A stretch of DNA of 64,000 bases from Octopus sinensis (Eukaryota), in assembly GCF_006345805.1 (NCBI RefSeq), contig NC_042999.1, positions 121,830,001 through 121,894,000 of the forward strand. Reading direction: 5' to 3'. The translations under genes were made by a program, and so were the position numbers. This document shows positions 52,641 through 64,000 of the stretch, in pieces (position 1 is the stretch's first letter; every line of letters begins with the position of its first letter). The notes under the pieces are model-generated. The model had not been told where the DNA came from. It did not search any database and worked only from the letters and a program-made list of their open reading frames with translations.

Positions 52641-54201
52641 TTGAGGTTAGTGTATTTTATTATTTTATATTAAATTAGATGACTACACTAGTTTTTGTAA
52701 TGCATATGTTACATGTTACATATATAGATCATGAAGAAAGATCAAGCAAAATTGTGATTCTAGCATTTGTAGAAACTTCAAGGTTTTTCATTTTATGTTT
52801 TCAAAGACTAGATAGATAGCTATCTAAGACTGCTTTCTCTCAAACACATACTGTGTCTTGTTAAAGGAGACAATGTGTCCATCAGAGAATGTCTGTGAGG
52901 CCTATGTTCATAGAGGTAATGCAGATTTGATTTGAGAGAAGGTGCATATGGATAAATGCAGTGAATAAAAATAATTGAAATACAATTAAAATGCAACACT
53001 CAAATCTGTTTTGACATATTAAACAATTTTGTTTGAAAATTCTACTCTCAGACTTAGTCAAAATTATATTGCAATAAGTTGACAACTAATTCCAAGACTC
53101 ATAAGCATTTCACAACGTCTTTACCAGAAATTGTGCTGCATTCATTTATGCATATGGCTTTTCAAAAAGAATATTTGTGAAGCATATAAACCATGACTTA
53201 CAAGTAATTGGTCTCTATTCTCTATTCCATAATGTGTCATTCATTATTGCTGATTCCTTCACATTGATCTAAGCTCATTTGTCCAGACCAAAACTCATTT
53301 GAAGAAATTGGTCTCTTTTGTAATTATTGTCATAATTTTCATGCAAAACTAAAAATTTCCTTTTTAAGCCATATCTTGCAGAGTATGTTTTTATCCTGAA
53401 ATGTCATAAAAGGCTTTGCAGTATTTATTCCAGCTTTCTTCAAATCTTACTGAAGTCAACTATGCCTTTTGGACTCAATAAAATAAAGTACCAGCCCAAT
53501 CCAGATGGCGGAGTTCTTAAAATGACAGAACATCTTGAGAATTTGTTCTGGCTCTTTGTGTTCTGAGTTCTTGGGTTGTCACCTTTATCTATCAGCAGAC
53601 TTTAACATCACTACCTGGTTTTTAGTATTTCTGTAATGAAATGCATTCTGTCGCAAGCATATAGAACAGATTTCACTAGGTGAAAAAATAAAGGGTTATA
53701 CTTGAAAAACAAAATAGTGTTAAAAGATAGAAAGCGAACTTTCATCAATTGAAATTTAATAGAATTTGCTCCAACTGTATGTGATTTTTCTAATCTTACT
53801 GCCAATATAGATATTTTCTTTTCAGTCAGGAAATGAGAATAATTTTTTAGATTTTATCATATGATGTTAATGATGCCTTCATCAGATATGTAACTCTCTA
53901 TCATCGTTGTCACCATCTCATCACTATCGTTACCACTTCTATTATTTCCATGTTAGCATTGGTTGGTTAAGAATTATTAGGGTGCTTTGCATAGCAGGAT
54001 GCTCTTCCTGATGCTAACCATTATCTGTTTATAAATAAGGTACATTATTTCACATGTTGAACTACTGAAATATGGGACATATTGTCTATACAAAGACTAT
54101 CTCTCTCTCTCTCACCCCAACATTTATATTTTTAAATGGCAAGTTTGCACACTGTTTCTCCTTCTATCAAAAAATCTCTGATGAAGTATTGGTCTGTACA
54201 T

Positions 54202-54525
54202 GAAAAGACTCCGCCGGTTACGACGACGAGGGTCCCAGCTGATACGATCAACGGAACAGCTTGCTCGTGAAATTAACGTGCAAATGGCTGAGCATTCCAC
54301 AGACACGTGTACCCTTAACGTAGTTCTCGGGGATAATCAGCGTGACACAGAGAGTGACAAGGCTGACCCTTTGAAATACAAGTACAACTCATTTTTGCCA
54401 GCTGAGTGGACTGGAGCAACGTGAAATAAAGTGTCTTGCTCAAGAACACAACGCGTCGCCGGGAATCGAACTCACAACCTTACGATCATGAGCCGAATGC
54501 CCTAACCACTAAGCCACGCGCCCTC
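54202..54525 (-). mobile_element. Full-length tRNA-derived SINE with 11-bp TSD
   Basis: A box TGGCTTAGTGG, B box GTTCGATTCC; TSD GGTCTGTACAT at 54191-54201 and 54526-54536; tail shared with 22942-23328. Confidence 0.92.
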
Positions 54526-57193
54526 GGTCTGTACATAGCTATTGCTGAAAATACTTTTCTAAGTCATCATGCAGTGAGATGGAAAGAGAAATCATATTCT
54601 TTCAAATGTCTTAAGCACATTGCAACATGTGCATATGTACATCATGAAAAAATATTGTACCTTATACAAAGATGCTGCAGAATATCAGGTGTATTATTTG
54701 AAACTCTGACCTAACTCATTACTTGACTGGTAATAAGTGCTTTTCAAATACTATTTATATGTAAATGAACTGTTTGTTGCAATAATTGATATTGAATTGA
54801 CTAGACATCATTATTTCTCATTCAATGCTCTTAGTTATTTTTCTGTCAAGTTACTACCTTTAAGAGAATGTGTGCATATGCCATGAAAGCTAAACCTAAA
54901 ATAGAATGTATTTTATGAGACAATTAATATGTAAATTGTCTGGAAGTCTGAAACCAATGATAAAGTTTTAATATTTCATACAAAATTCCTAGTAAAATAA
55001 TTTTGTGAATAAAAGTATGCTGAATATTTAAGAGAACATATTGACAAAATATCTCTTTAATTATTGAAAAATTTAGCTGACAAACAGTTAATTCTATCTT
55101 AATTATGACATTAAAAGTTATTTATTCTCAAGATATATTGAATATACAATCATGATTTCTGAATTAAGATTTACAATTGAAACAAATATTAATTAAATAG
55201 AATAATTGTAAAGTCATTATGAAAGCTTCAATAAATTGCTTTTGATTTTTAAATATTTTAATTAAGATTTATTATTTCAATCCAATTGACATATATAACC
55301 ACCTTTCGAGGTTTTCTTTACCTTTACTTAATAACTGAAAGTTTAACATATTTTATTTCAAATTTAAAGCATCTTTTTTGTTAAGTAATACTTTGTGTCA
55401 GTAAAAAGCATCCGTTATATACAGAAACCAATTCTTTATTTTTCTTAATAACTTACTAAAATTTTGATATTCCAACATAAGCAATTTATTAAACTTCACT
55501 TCTACTGCAGATCAATTAATGCTTTCATGTGTCATGGTAACTCATAGAGCACATACCTTCAGCTTCTGTGGTGTGGAAAAAGATAAATTTTCTCTTAAAT
55601 ATAATGATAATATTTTTGGATAGTTTATCTGGAACTTTTGCATATAAAGTCTTTCATTTGTTCATTCTTCATCTGAATATAATGTTATTTATACAAAAAT
55701 ATGAATATTGTCTACACTAATCCTTGATATGGTAATAATATCATCTCCCATTATGATGTCTCGCCTAAAATATTAGAATATGGTATCAGTTAATCTTCAA
55801 CTTACTATTCAAATTCTATACCAAACAATTATAATTCAGTTATCTTTATTTTACTCTCTGCTGTTTATGGTCAGTCATGTATGTTAGTATTTATTAATAA
55901 AACTTCAACAGTAATGTCCTCTTTCCTTAAAGTACCACGGATCTGCATTTTGTTTCTATGAAAAAGTACAAGAACTTAGAGATCTAACAGCTTAGTAATT
56001 TATTCAGTTCTTTTTCCCTTTAAAAATGTTTCAAGCTTTATGTAAATTATTCTTTCTACGTTTCTTTTTGAGTTTTAAATACAGAGTTATTGAAATACTT
56101 ATGATTAAGAAAGGAATGGGTTATATTTATGAATTACAAAAAGTGCATACTTCCTCTTTATTTTCAAAGCTGTTAATACCATGGATTGATTACTTTAGAA
56201 ATCATTCTACATTTAGCACCCTAGTTTCACATTTAAAATACTGTTCTTTGTTCATCTAATCTTGTTTTGTATCATTCAAATATTTTGAGTGATATCAAAA
56301 TATGTTATTTTAGTCTCTGATTTTGCCTAAATCCAACACTGCTTCAAGGCATTTTTTTATATTATAATTTAGTAAATTGTAACTATATTCATTCTATCAT
56401 CTATATATCTGTGTTATCTATGCAAAGAACTTGCTTTGTATCTTTAGTACTTTTCCTTTCTGAAAAACCATAAAAATTCTTCCCTTTTATTCATAGTATC
56501 TTGCATTACATCAATTTCCTTTACAATATCTTGCTTTGTAATCAATGTGAAACTGTAAAGAATATCTTGGAATCTATATTTTATATCAAAATTTTCTATA
56601 AAGTTTCAAGAACTTCTGACATATGAAATTTTAATTGTTGATGCATGAGTAGAAAGAAGAATCATCAAATATTTCCTTCTCTTATTACTATTTTGAAAGA
56701 AATCTTAAATATTTTTGGACATACATGTGTTGTTCAGTTTATAATGAAAATCTGTTTTTCTTTTAAAGAAATTGACACATCATGAAACAAAATCTATGAA
56801 CAACTAAACAATGAAAACAATGTTGTTAAACTATTGCAATCAGTTTTTAACTTTGAAATTTGTTCTTGATAACAATTTTGCAAACCATTTGATTTAATCT
56901 TTCAGTAATTCAAGGAAAGAAAATGGGCTAAATTCATAATGAAAGAATAGCTTTCATCAATTTTAAATACTTGTAGAAAAAAATAGTATAGATGTAAATT
57001 TTTTTATATTTTCTTTATATTCATTACTTTATTGTAACATAGACAAAGTATTTTGACAAAGGACGAAATTAATTTTCATCAGGATGTCTTACCTCCTCAT
57101 TTAATTTAATTTATAACTGTAAATATAATTTATTTCAGAGATTTCTTTTTTCTGTAAATTTCAAATAAAATATATTTATTTCATTTTTTCCAG

Positions 57194-57362
57194 GCTAGTT
57201 CTCAACCTTATAAGATCTCCAATGTGGTTCTAGCAATCACAATCACAGCAGGAATTCTGTTGTGCTTTTTGATTATGGTGTTACCTTATCTAAGGAGGAT
57301 TTACATTGAGGATCATGCACTAACCCAGGATGATAGAAGTGCTGTATACGTTATAAATAAAG
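57194..57362 (+). CDS. Probable internal coding exon (phase 0/1) encoding a transmembrane helix: ASSQPYKISNVVLAITITAGILLCFLIMVLPYLRRIYIEDHALTQDDRSAVYVINK
   Basis: Strong acceptor ttttttcCAG, donor AAG|GTGAGA, open frame, ~23-residue hydrophobic stretch followed by RR (positive-inside rule). Confidence 0.8.
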
Positions 57363-57533
57363 GTGAGAACTCTAACCTTTTGTACTAAATGATTAAAAAA
57401 GTGTGCTTTTATCAATGCTTGATTAAATTCATATAGTGAGAGATGTGTGTTCATATATATATGTGCATGCACATATATATATGAACACACATATACATAC
57501 ACAGAATTTTCTTCTAATACTCTTATTCTATTA

Positions 57534-57940
57534 AAAGTAAGACCAAGATAGTTTGCATGTGATACTACAGATAAACCTTTCCTAAAAGATACAATGAAGG
57601 GTTCATACAAAATTCAATCTAAATTTTATGAAATGTGTTTAACTTATACAATGTAAATCATTTTCTACAAGAAATACTTCTTAAGTAGCTATAATTACCT
57701 ATATATACTTTTGCAATATATATATATATATAATAATTCCAGTAACACATTTTTCAGGTTAATCCAACTAAAGGTTTTATATATATATGATCTTTTATTA
57801 GATTAACTTGAGAATATTTATTTTATATATATATATATATATAATTCAATTAACAAACTTTTATGGTTAATCCAACTAAAGGTTTTATATATATATATGA
57901 TCTTTTATTAGATTAACCTGAGAATATCTATTTTTTTATC

Positions 57941-57997
<57 letters not shown>

Positions 57998-58177
57998 CAA
58001 AAGTATATATAGGTAATTATAACTAAAAAAATATTTCTTGCAGAAAATAATTTGTATTATATTAGTTAAGCACTTTTCATAAAACTTAAGTTGAATTTTG
58101 TATGAACCCTTCATTATATCTTTTATGAAAGGTTTTTTATCTGTGGTATCACATGCAAACTATCTTTGTCTTACTTT
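57534..58177. mobile_element. Foldback/MITE-like element: ~190-bp inverted arms enclosing two ~110-bp tandem hairpin units and (TA)n
   Basis: AAAGTAAGACCAAGATAGTTTGCATGTGATAC mirrors GTATCACATGCAAACTATCTTTGTCTTACTTT; internal units at about 57731-57840 and 57841-57945. Confidence 0.8.
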
Positions 58178-58933
58178 GGAGATAATGTGTGTATGTGAAG
58201 AAATTTCTTTGTCATGTATTCAATCTAATTGGTGAAATGAATATATTTGTCAAAAGTTTATGAATGAGCAGTAAATTGCCAGACATATTCATAACCTAAA
58301 AAAGCTTATTGAATTATGAAGTTTCAATATATAACTATTGAAAAATATGATGGAAACTTTATCACATCTTTCAGTAAACTCTACGAGCAAATTTTAAATG
58401 TTTCTATCCACTGTTTGCAATTAAAATGAAGGCATACAGTGTAGCACATTATACAATGGAAACAAAGACTTAAACTAAAACTGCCAATATTTTATACATT
58501 TTGATGCTTCACTTCTCATAGGTTCACTCAGTTATTTTATTTAATATCATCATATTATTTGTGCTAGAAAATATACATTTTTACCCCAATGAACATAGAG
58601 ACTTTACTTTTGAACATATTAATGTAAATTACATGGTTATATTTGCATGAAACACTGACACAGCTCAAACAAACACACTCACATACACACAATACTAAAA
58701 TAAAATGGCCAAGTACCAAAATACTTACAATAAAATGATTGAAAGATGAATAACTGTGGTTTAGGTTCGAAGGTGTTGAATGATGCTTTAGTGCTACACG
58801 AAGGACAAGCAACATCAAATAATTGTATTGTCATGAGCATTGAAACAGTATGGACAAATTCAGTTTTTTTGCATTGTATCCAAATATAATACTAAGTACT
58901 TCTGAGTGACTATTATATATTGATATAACATAT

Positions 58934-59218
58934 AGCAATGGCCCAGTGGATAGGGCAGCGGACTCGCGGTCGGAGGATCGCGGTTTCGATTCCCAGACTG
59001 GGTGTTGTGTGTGTTTATTGAGTGAAAACACCTAAAGCTCCATGTGGCGACCCCTGTTGTACTCTTTCGCCCCAACTTTCTCTCACTCTTTCTTCCTGCT
59101 TCTTGGGTAATGCTGTGATGGACTGGCATCCCGTCCAGCTGGGGAGAACACATATGCTACAGAAAGCAGGAAACCATGCTCACGAGCCTAGCTAGGCTTC
59201 AAAAGGGCAAAGAAGAAG
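58934..59218 (+). mobile_element. tRNA-derived SINE with the head of 22942 and a V-domain-like 3' part; 9-bp TSD
   Basis: GCAATGGCCCAGTGG..GTTTCGATTCCCAGAC; GATGGACTGGCATCCCGTCCAG; TSD ATAACATAT at 58925-58933 and 59219-59227. Confidence 0.88.
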
Positions 59219-60066
59219 ATAACATATCTACTAGTTATTTTAAGGCAGAAAATGTCAATGTGGGATTTCATTAATCACTACCTACTATCATATGTCTCAC
59301 GTATCAAATGTAGGGGTCTTCATTGTCAGCAACTCCATCATCGTTATTACTATCACCATCTTAATGCTTACTTTCCTTATTTTCCTTTATGGATAGGTCT
59401 GTTACATAGTACAGCATGTCATTATTGAAGATTGTTGTGAAATTGTAAACTGAGATTTTTCACATATGTGCTACATATTTCCTATGACTTATTAACGGAA
59501 ATTATAACTGATCTGAAACTATCACTTTACTAATCAACAAATGTATAACAATAAGAACAGAAATCATACAACTATATACTCTTTTCCTAAGGATAAGCAG
59601 TCATTGTTAAATCATATCTGATTCTTTTTTTTTTATTTTATCTAGTTTCAGCTCACGAGCTGTGGCCATGCTGGGGCACCACCATTTAGTTAAATCTATT
59701 TAAAATATATTTTGAAAAGAAACCGAAGAAATTTTGTTGTTCTGTTTTTATGGCAAATTGTTTTACAGTAAAATATTTTGTATATATTTAAAAAAAATAA
59801 TATTCAGTTTGAGACAGATTTGAGTTGAAGTGGGTGAAGCAAGTTTTATAATCTAAATCAGCCAACTTCAGTAATTTTCATTGAAGATATTGTGGGAAAA
59901 ACCTTTCAAGCTTAGTCACTATCTTCATTCTCTCTAGATGCCTAAAACTGTTCAAATACAAAATTTGATTTAGGATCTGACCTGTGGATTAACCAAAACA
60001 TTAACATAGTTCATTATTTACATTATTTACTCTTGATGGATATTTGTCCTCATCTTGTTTGTTGTT

Positions 60067-60112
60067 AACATAACGTTTCGGCTGATATACCCTCCAGCCT
60101 TCATCAGGTGTC
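60067..60112 (-). ncRNA. Minimal type I hammerhead motif (left arm); decayed partner at 62123-62168(+)
   Basis: GACAC-CTGATGA-A-GGCTG..CAGCC-GAAA-CG-TT-ATGTT; core intact, first stem I pair mismatched (partner has GTGTT but GAAA>AAAA). Confidence 0.7.
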
Positions 60113-60158
60113 TTAGGGAAATTTTGAACGTGGGTTCTCATTCCTAAGGTATTTTTGA

Positions 60159-60192
<34 letters not shown>

Positions 60193-60288
60193 ATTATTCA
60201 GGTCACTGCCTGGAATCGAACTCGGAATCTCAGGGTGAGTAACTCACGTTCTTAACCCCAAGATTCTGAGTTTGATTCCAGGCAGTGA

Positions 60289-60341
<53 letters not shown>

Positions 60342-60342
<1 letters not shown>

Positions 60343-62059
60343 TAAAAACAATTCAGTGACGACATCAGAATGCAATTCGGCCTCGATAAATGTGCAAAAG
60401 CTACCTTTATCAAAGGAAAAATGACAAAAACATCTAACGTTAACCTTGACCAGCAGAATGTCATAAAAGAACTAGACCCAGTGGAGAGCTACAAGTACCT
60501 AGGGGTAATTGAAGGGAACGGAATAAGGGATTCAGAGATGAAGGAAAGGATCAGGAGAGAATGCTATCGAAGAGTGAGAGCAATACTCAAGACAGAGCTG
60601 AATGCAAGAAACAGGATCGAAGCGATCAATGCATTAGCCATACCAGTCGTGACTTACAGTTTCAATATTGTTAACTGGTCAATTACTGAAATATGTCAGC
60701 TCGACAGAAAAATAAGGAAACTGTTGACAATGCATAGAATGCACCACCCTAAGGCAGATACAGAACGACTCTATCTGCCAAGAAAAGAGGGAGGCCGTGG
60801 TCTTTTGCAACTGGCAATAACAATGAAGATTGCTACAATTGGCCGGGGACACCTACCTGAAAAACTCTGAGGACTGGATGTTAAAACTTGTCTCAAAACA
60901 TGAAAACAAGAAAGCATCATACTCAGTCACAAAACAGGCAAAGGAATATCTAAGTGAATTCCGAATACAACCAATTTCGGAATTAGAGATAGACATACAA
61001 GAAACAAGTACAGAAAAGGCTAGGCGCATGAAAACCCGTGCCAAAACTGCGGCCTTAGATATTCTGAATAATAAATGGCAAGAAAAACCTCTCTATGGCA
61101 AATACCCAAAGAGAGCGAATAATGCAGATATCGACAAAGCCCTGACCCATCAATGGCTAATGGCCTCTGGCTTAAAATCTGAAACAGAGGGGTTTATCAT
61201 AGCAGCTCAAGATCAATGCCTACCAACAAGAAACTACCAGGCCAACATATTAAAGAACGGCAGTAGCCCAACATGTCGTGTATGCCGACAACAAAATGAA
61301 ACCATTGATCATGTTGTCTCCAAATGCAGTCTTCTAGCGCCTACAGAGTACCTCAGTAGGCATGATAGAGCTGCACAATATATTCACTGGGTAATTTGCA
61401 AAAACCTGGATTTGCCCCATGAAAAAAACTGGTGGGAACACAATCCACCTCCAGTGCTTGAAAATGACCACATCTCACTCATCTGGAACTTCACCATTCA
61501 AACTGACAGGAAGATAGATGCAAATAGGCCAGACATCATATTGAAAGACTTCAGACAAAGAACATGCCTCCTCATTGATATGACTGCCCCAATCGATATA
61601 AACGTATCTGTCAAGACCTACCAAAAACTGAGCAAATATAAAGATCTTGAAATAGAAATCAGCAAAATGTGGAAGCTGAAGACTAAAACAATACCTGTTG
61701 TCATAGGTGCCCTGGGAATGATAGCGAAAGGGACTGATTGCTACCTAACTCAGATACCAGGAAACCTCAAAATGGCAGAAATTCAAAAGATAGTGCTCAT
61801 GGGAACTGCTCATATCCTACGCAAAATACTCTCTATGTAATCCCAAGGTTTAAAACAAACTTTTTATTTTTATTTTATTTTATTTATTTTTATTTTTTTT
61901 TATTTATTTATTTTTTTTAATGTATTAGACATTCACTAGTACAACGCCAAAAAAAAAACCCAAATATATGGCACAGAACTTCCAACCTGTTGTCTCTTGA
62001 GGTCTCTGGGTGAGACTTGGAGCCAACTTGTACAGACATAAAGCAAAAGTCAAACATAG
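60342..62059 (+). mobile_element. 5'-truncated R4/Dong-like non-LTR retrotransposon inserted in (TAA)n
   Basis: Flanked by (TAA)n on both sides; ORFs with RT C-terminus, CCHC knuckle and restriction-like endonuclease; T-rich 3' UTR 61841-62059. Confidence 0.92.
60370..61840 (+). pseudogene. R4/Dong-like RT-RLE polyprotein, C-terminal ~490 aa with a single frameshift near 60845
   Basis: FGLDKC, YKYLG, RLYLPRKEGGRGL (ORF 60370-60870); CRVC..ETIDHVVSKC, RHD, RPDII..LIDM, K..KYKDL (ORF 60830-61840). Confidence 0.92.
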
Positions 62060-63234
62060 AATAATAATAATAATATCGAAAAATACCTTAGGAATGAGAA
62101 CCCAGGTTCGAAATTTCCCCAAGGCACCTGATGAAGGCTGGAAGGTATATCATCCAAAACATTGTGTTAACAACAAACAAGATGAGGACAAATATCTGTC
62201 AAGTGTAAATAGTGTAAATAATGTACATAATTCCTCATCTCTTAAATATAGAACTGTATTAACATAGTTGTTTCCCATATTTTAATTTTGGTTTTGATAT
62301 TTATATTTTTCTGTTGAATTCATTTATTTTCTTGTTAGAATAGGATCCTGGTTAATTTTCTGGGAACTTGTATGCTGTTTGGAATTCAATATTTTTGGAA
62401 TAATTTTTCAATGTATGTCATTTCAGATGACCTTTAGTCTTTCTACCTGTTTCATATTCGACTTTAACACAGCTTGATGAGCTCTTGTTTTTTTTTTTTG
62501 CTATCATTTTACCTGTGCTGAACACTATTTGGAAAATTAATTTCTTAATGGGTTGATTGGTTTAGATATTTTGGTACAACTCGCAATAACTTCATATTTT
62601 GATTGAAAGCAATTATTTTGATAGCTGCAGGCTTAAGCACAATCAAAAGATCTAGAGAGTTTAAATAGAATTTATTTATCAGTACACAAAGTATATGTTA
62701 CATGCAATTTTAAAATTGCTATTTCAGTGACATTACATGCTGTTAATAAAATAATATACTGTTTAATTCTACATGATTTTCTTTAATGTTTAATTATCCA
62801 TATAGACAAGAGACATTAATGTCTCTATTTTATTTTGTTTCTGCATATGAGCTGCCTGGAAGTGTCTGAATGTGAAAATTTTCATAATAGATAGTGATAC
62901 TGTATTATTTATATTATTATTATTTTTTGCATGTAATATTTTTTCTCTAAGCTGACCCATTTAGCAACCAAATGAATTCTGTTCATTTTTATATTAATTT
63001 TCAAAAGTAGTATAGGATTTGTATTGTTATGATACAATAAGTTGACAATATGTTCTGAGTGCAATATGGTGACAAGTAAGATAGCAGTAAACATATTTCT
63101 AAAACAGTTTTATTCTCACTCATTTGATATATCAATATGTGTGAACCTTCCATTTCTCCTACTTTAAGCTATACAGGTGTAATGCTCATACAAAATAACC
63201 AATATTTTTCTCATATATATATATATATATATAT

Positions 63235-63410
63235 AATTAATCCAAAAATGGAGAAGACAAGAAAAAACAGCAACATCAAGACGTAGCACATATAAAGTAT
63301 TAATAAGACACTCAGAGAAGAAAAAGAGTGGTTGTTTTACATTTCAAGCAAAGCACTTTTTCAGAAACAAGAAACGTAGGAAGGTCCAATGGAAAAGGAA
63401 GAAAGAGGAA
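63235..63410 (-). mobile_element. Small PLE-like element with a decayed hammerhead (63334-63368), between (TA)n tracts
   Basis: Minus: GTTT-CTGAAAA-A-GTGC-TTT-GCTT-GAAA-TG-TA-AAAC; same architecture as 23727-23920. Confidence 0.55.
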
Positions 63411-63411
63411 A

Positions 63412-63448
<37 letters not shown>

Positions 63449-64000
63449 TGTCAAGCAGACCAAAAGAAAAATTCTTTCCTTCTTCTTCCCTCTCCCTTCC
63501 CCTCTTTCTCTTTAGCACTCACCTCAGATACAAACACACACACACACACACACATACATACACATACACACATGTTCTCTCTCTCACTTTCTCCTCATCC
63601 ACCTCACCCTCTTGTACTGTCTTATATTCCTCCCCACCACTACGAAACTATAAAATGATTAAAATTCCCCACAAAGGAAAATATTTTGATTTGAAAACCC
63701 CACTAGAATGGGAGAAAGTGCTAATGATCTAAGTGATATGATATATATATAAAAAATGTAATATATAAATAAATATCTGTAAATATAAACCATCCGATCT
63801 TCTGATTACCTCATTTCTTCTAATATATATATATATATATATATACGTAATAATGAAGGGTGAAATTAATTAATTTGGAATAATTATCAATTACACCAAG
63901 TAGTCTTCGGCATGTAAAAGCCTCATTCGAGGAAAATTTAAGTAATACTAAGCAATAAAGGGTTTAGCAACGAATTGCCTTACCACATACCGAATTTAGA

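Larger units (their letters stand above)
60012..62257. mobile_element. Head-to-head inverted dimer of a tRNA-headed, hammerhead-bearing non-autonomous element, 12-bp TSD; right arm interrupted by a LINE
   Basis: TSD ATTAACATAGTT at 60000-60011 and 62258-62269; left arm 60012-60257(-) mirrors right arm 60253-60340 + 62060-62257(+). Confidence 0.85.

Noticed and set aside
54175-54560. CTGATGA..GAAA reconstituted after removing the SINE
   Set aside because: Only weak stem II pairing and no stem I; compatible with chance.
58934-59000. tRNA gene candidates (also 22945-23015 and 54455-54525)
   Set aside because: A and B boxes are present but there is no acceptor stem; they continue into SINE bodies bounded by TSDs.
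1522-63732. Most ORFs in the supplied track (YI/HT/CV-rich ORFs and SINE-derived ORFs such as 43269-43733, 44213-44722, 54200-54424)
   Set aside because: They are translations of microsatellites, SINEs or RTE tails with no protein motifs or splice context.
63895-63935. Minus-strand CGAATGA-GGC..GCC-GAAG hammerhead-like pattern
   Set aside because: The core deviates at several invariant positions, stem I is unconvincing, and the element runs off the window.

Overview
This is an AT-rich, microsatellite- and transposon-dense eukaryotic window. Its SINE, RTE and Dong repeat repertoire suggests an octopus genome (inference from recalled repeat families, not a database search). Almost all ORFs in the supplied track are microsatellite or SINE artefacts. 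Two probable + strand coding exons (10221-10379 and 57194-57362) join in phase into an extracellular segment plus a transmembrane helix, with weak astrotactin-like resemblance, so most of the window is probably intron. The repeats include tRNA-derived SINEs with clear TSDs, RTE, CR1/Jockey-like and R4/Dong-like LINE pieces (one nearly intact 3' half at 60342-62059), Tc1/mariner and pogo remnants, a decayed Penelope-like (PLE) RT/GIY-YIG region, foldback elements and a 1.33-kb tandem duplication. The most notable signal is about a dozen minimal type I hammerhead-ribozyme (HHR) motifs from several small element families, often as head-to-head inverted dimers next to (TA)n tracts. One has a fully canonical core (47887-47924, minus), one appears to be a G3-C8 covariant, and one family fuses a tRNA-like Pol III head to the HHR (60012-62257, 12-bp TSD, later invaded by the Dong-like LINE). 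All alignments and folds were done by eye.
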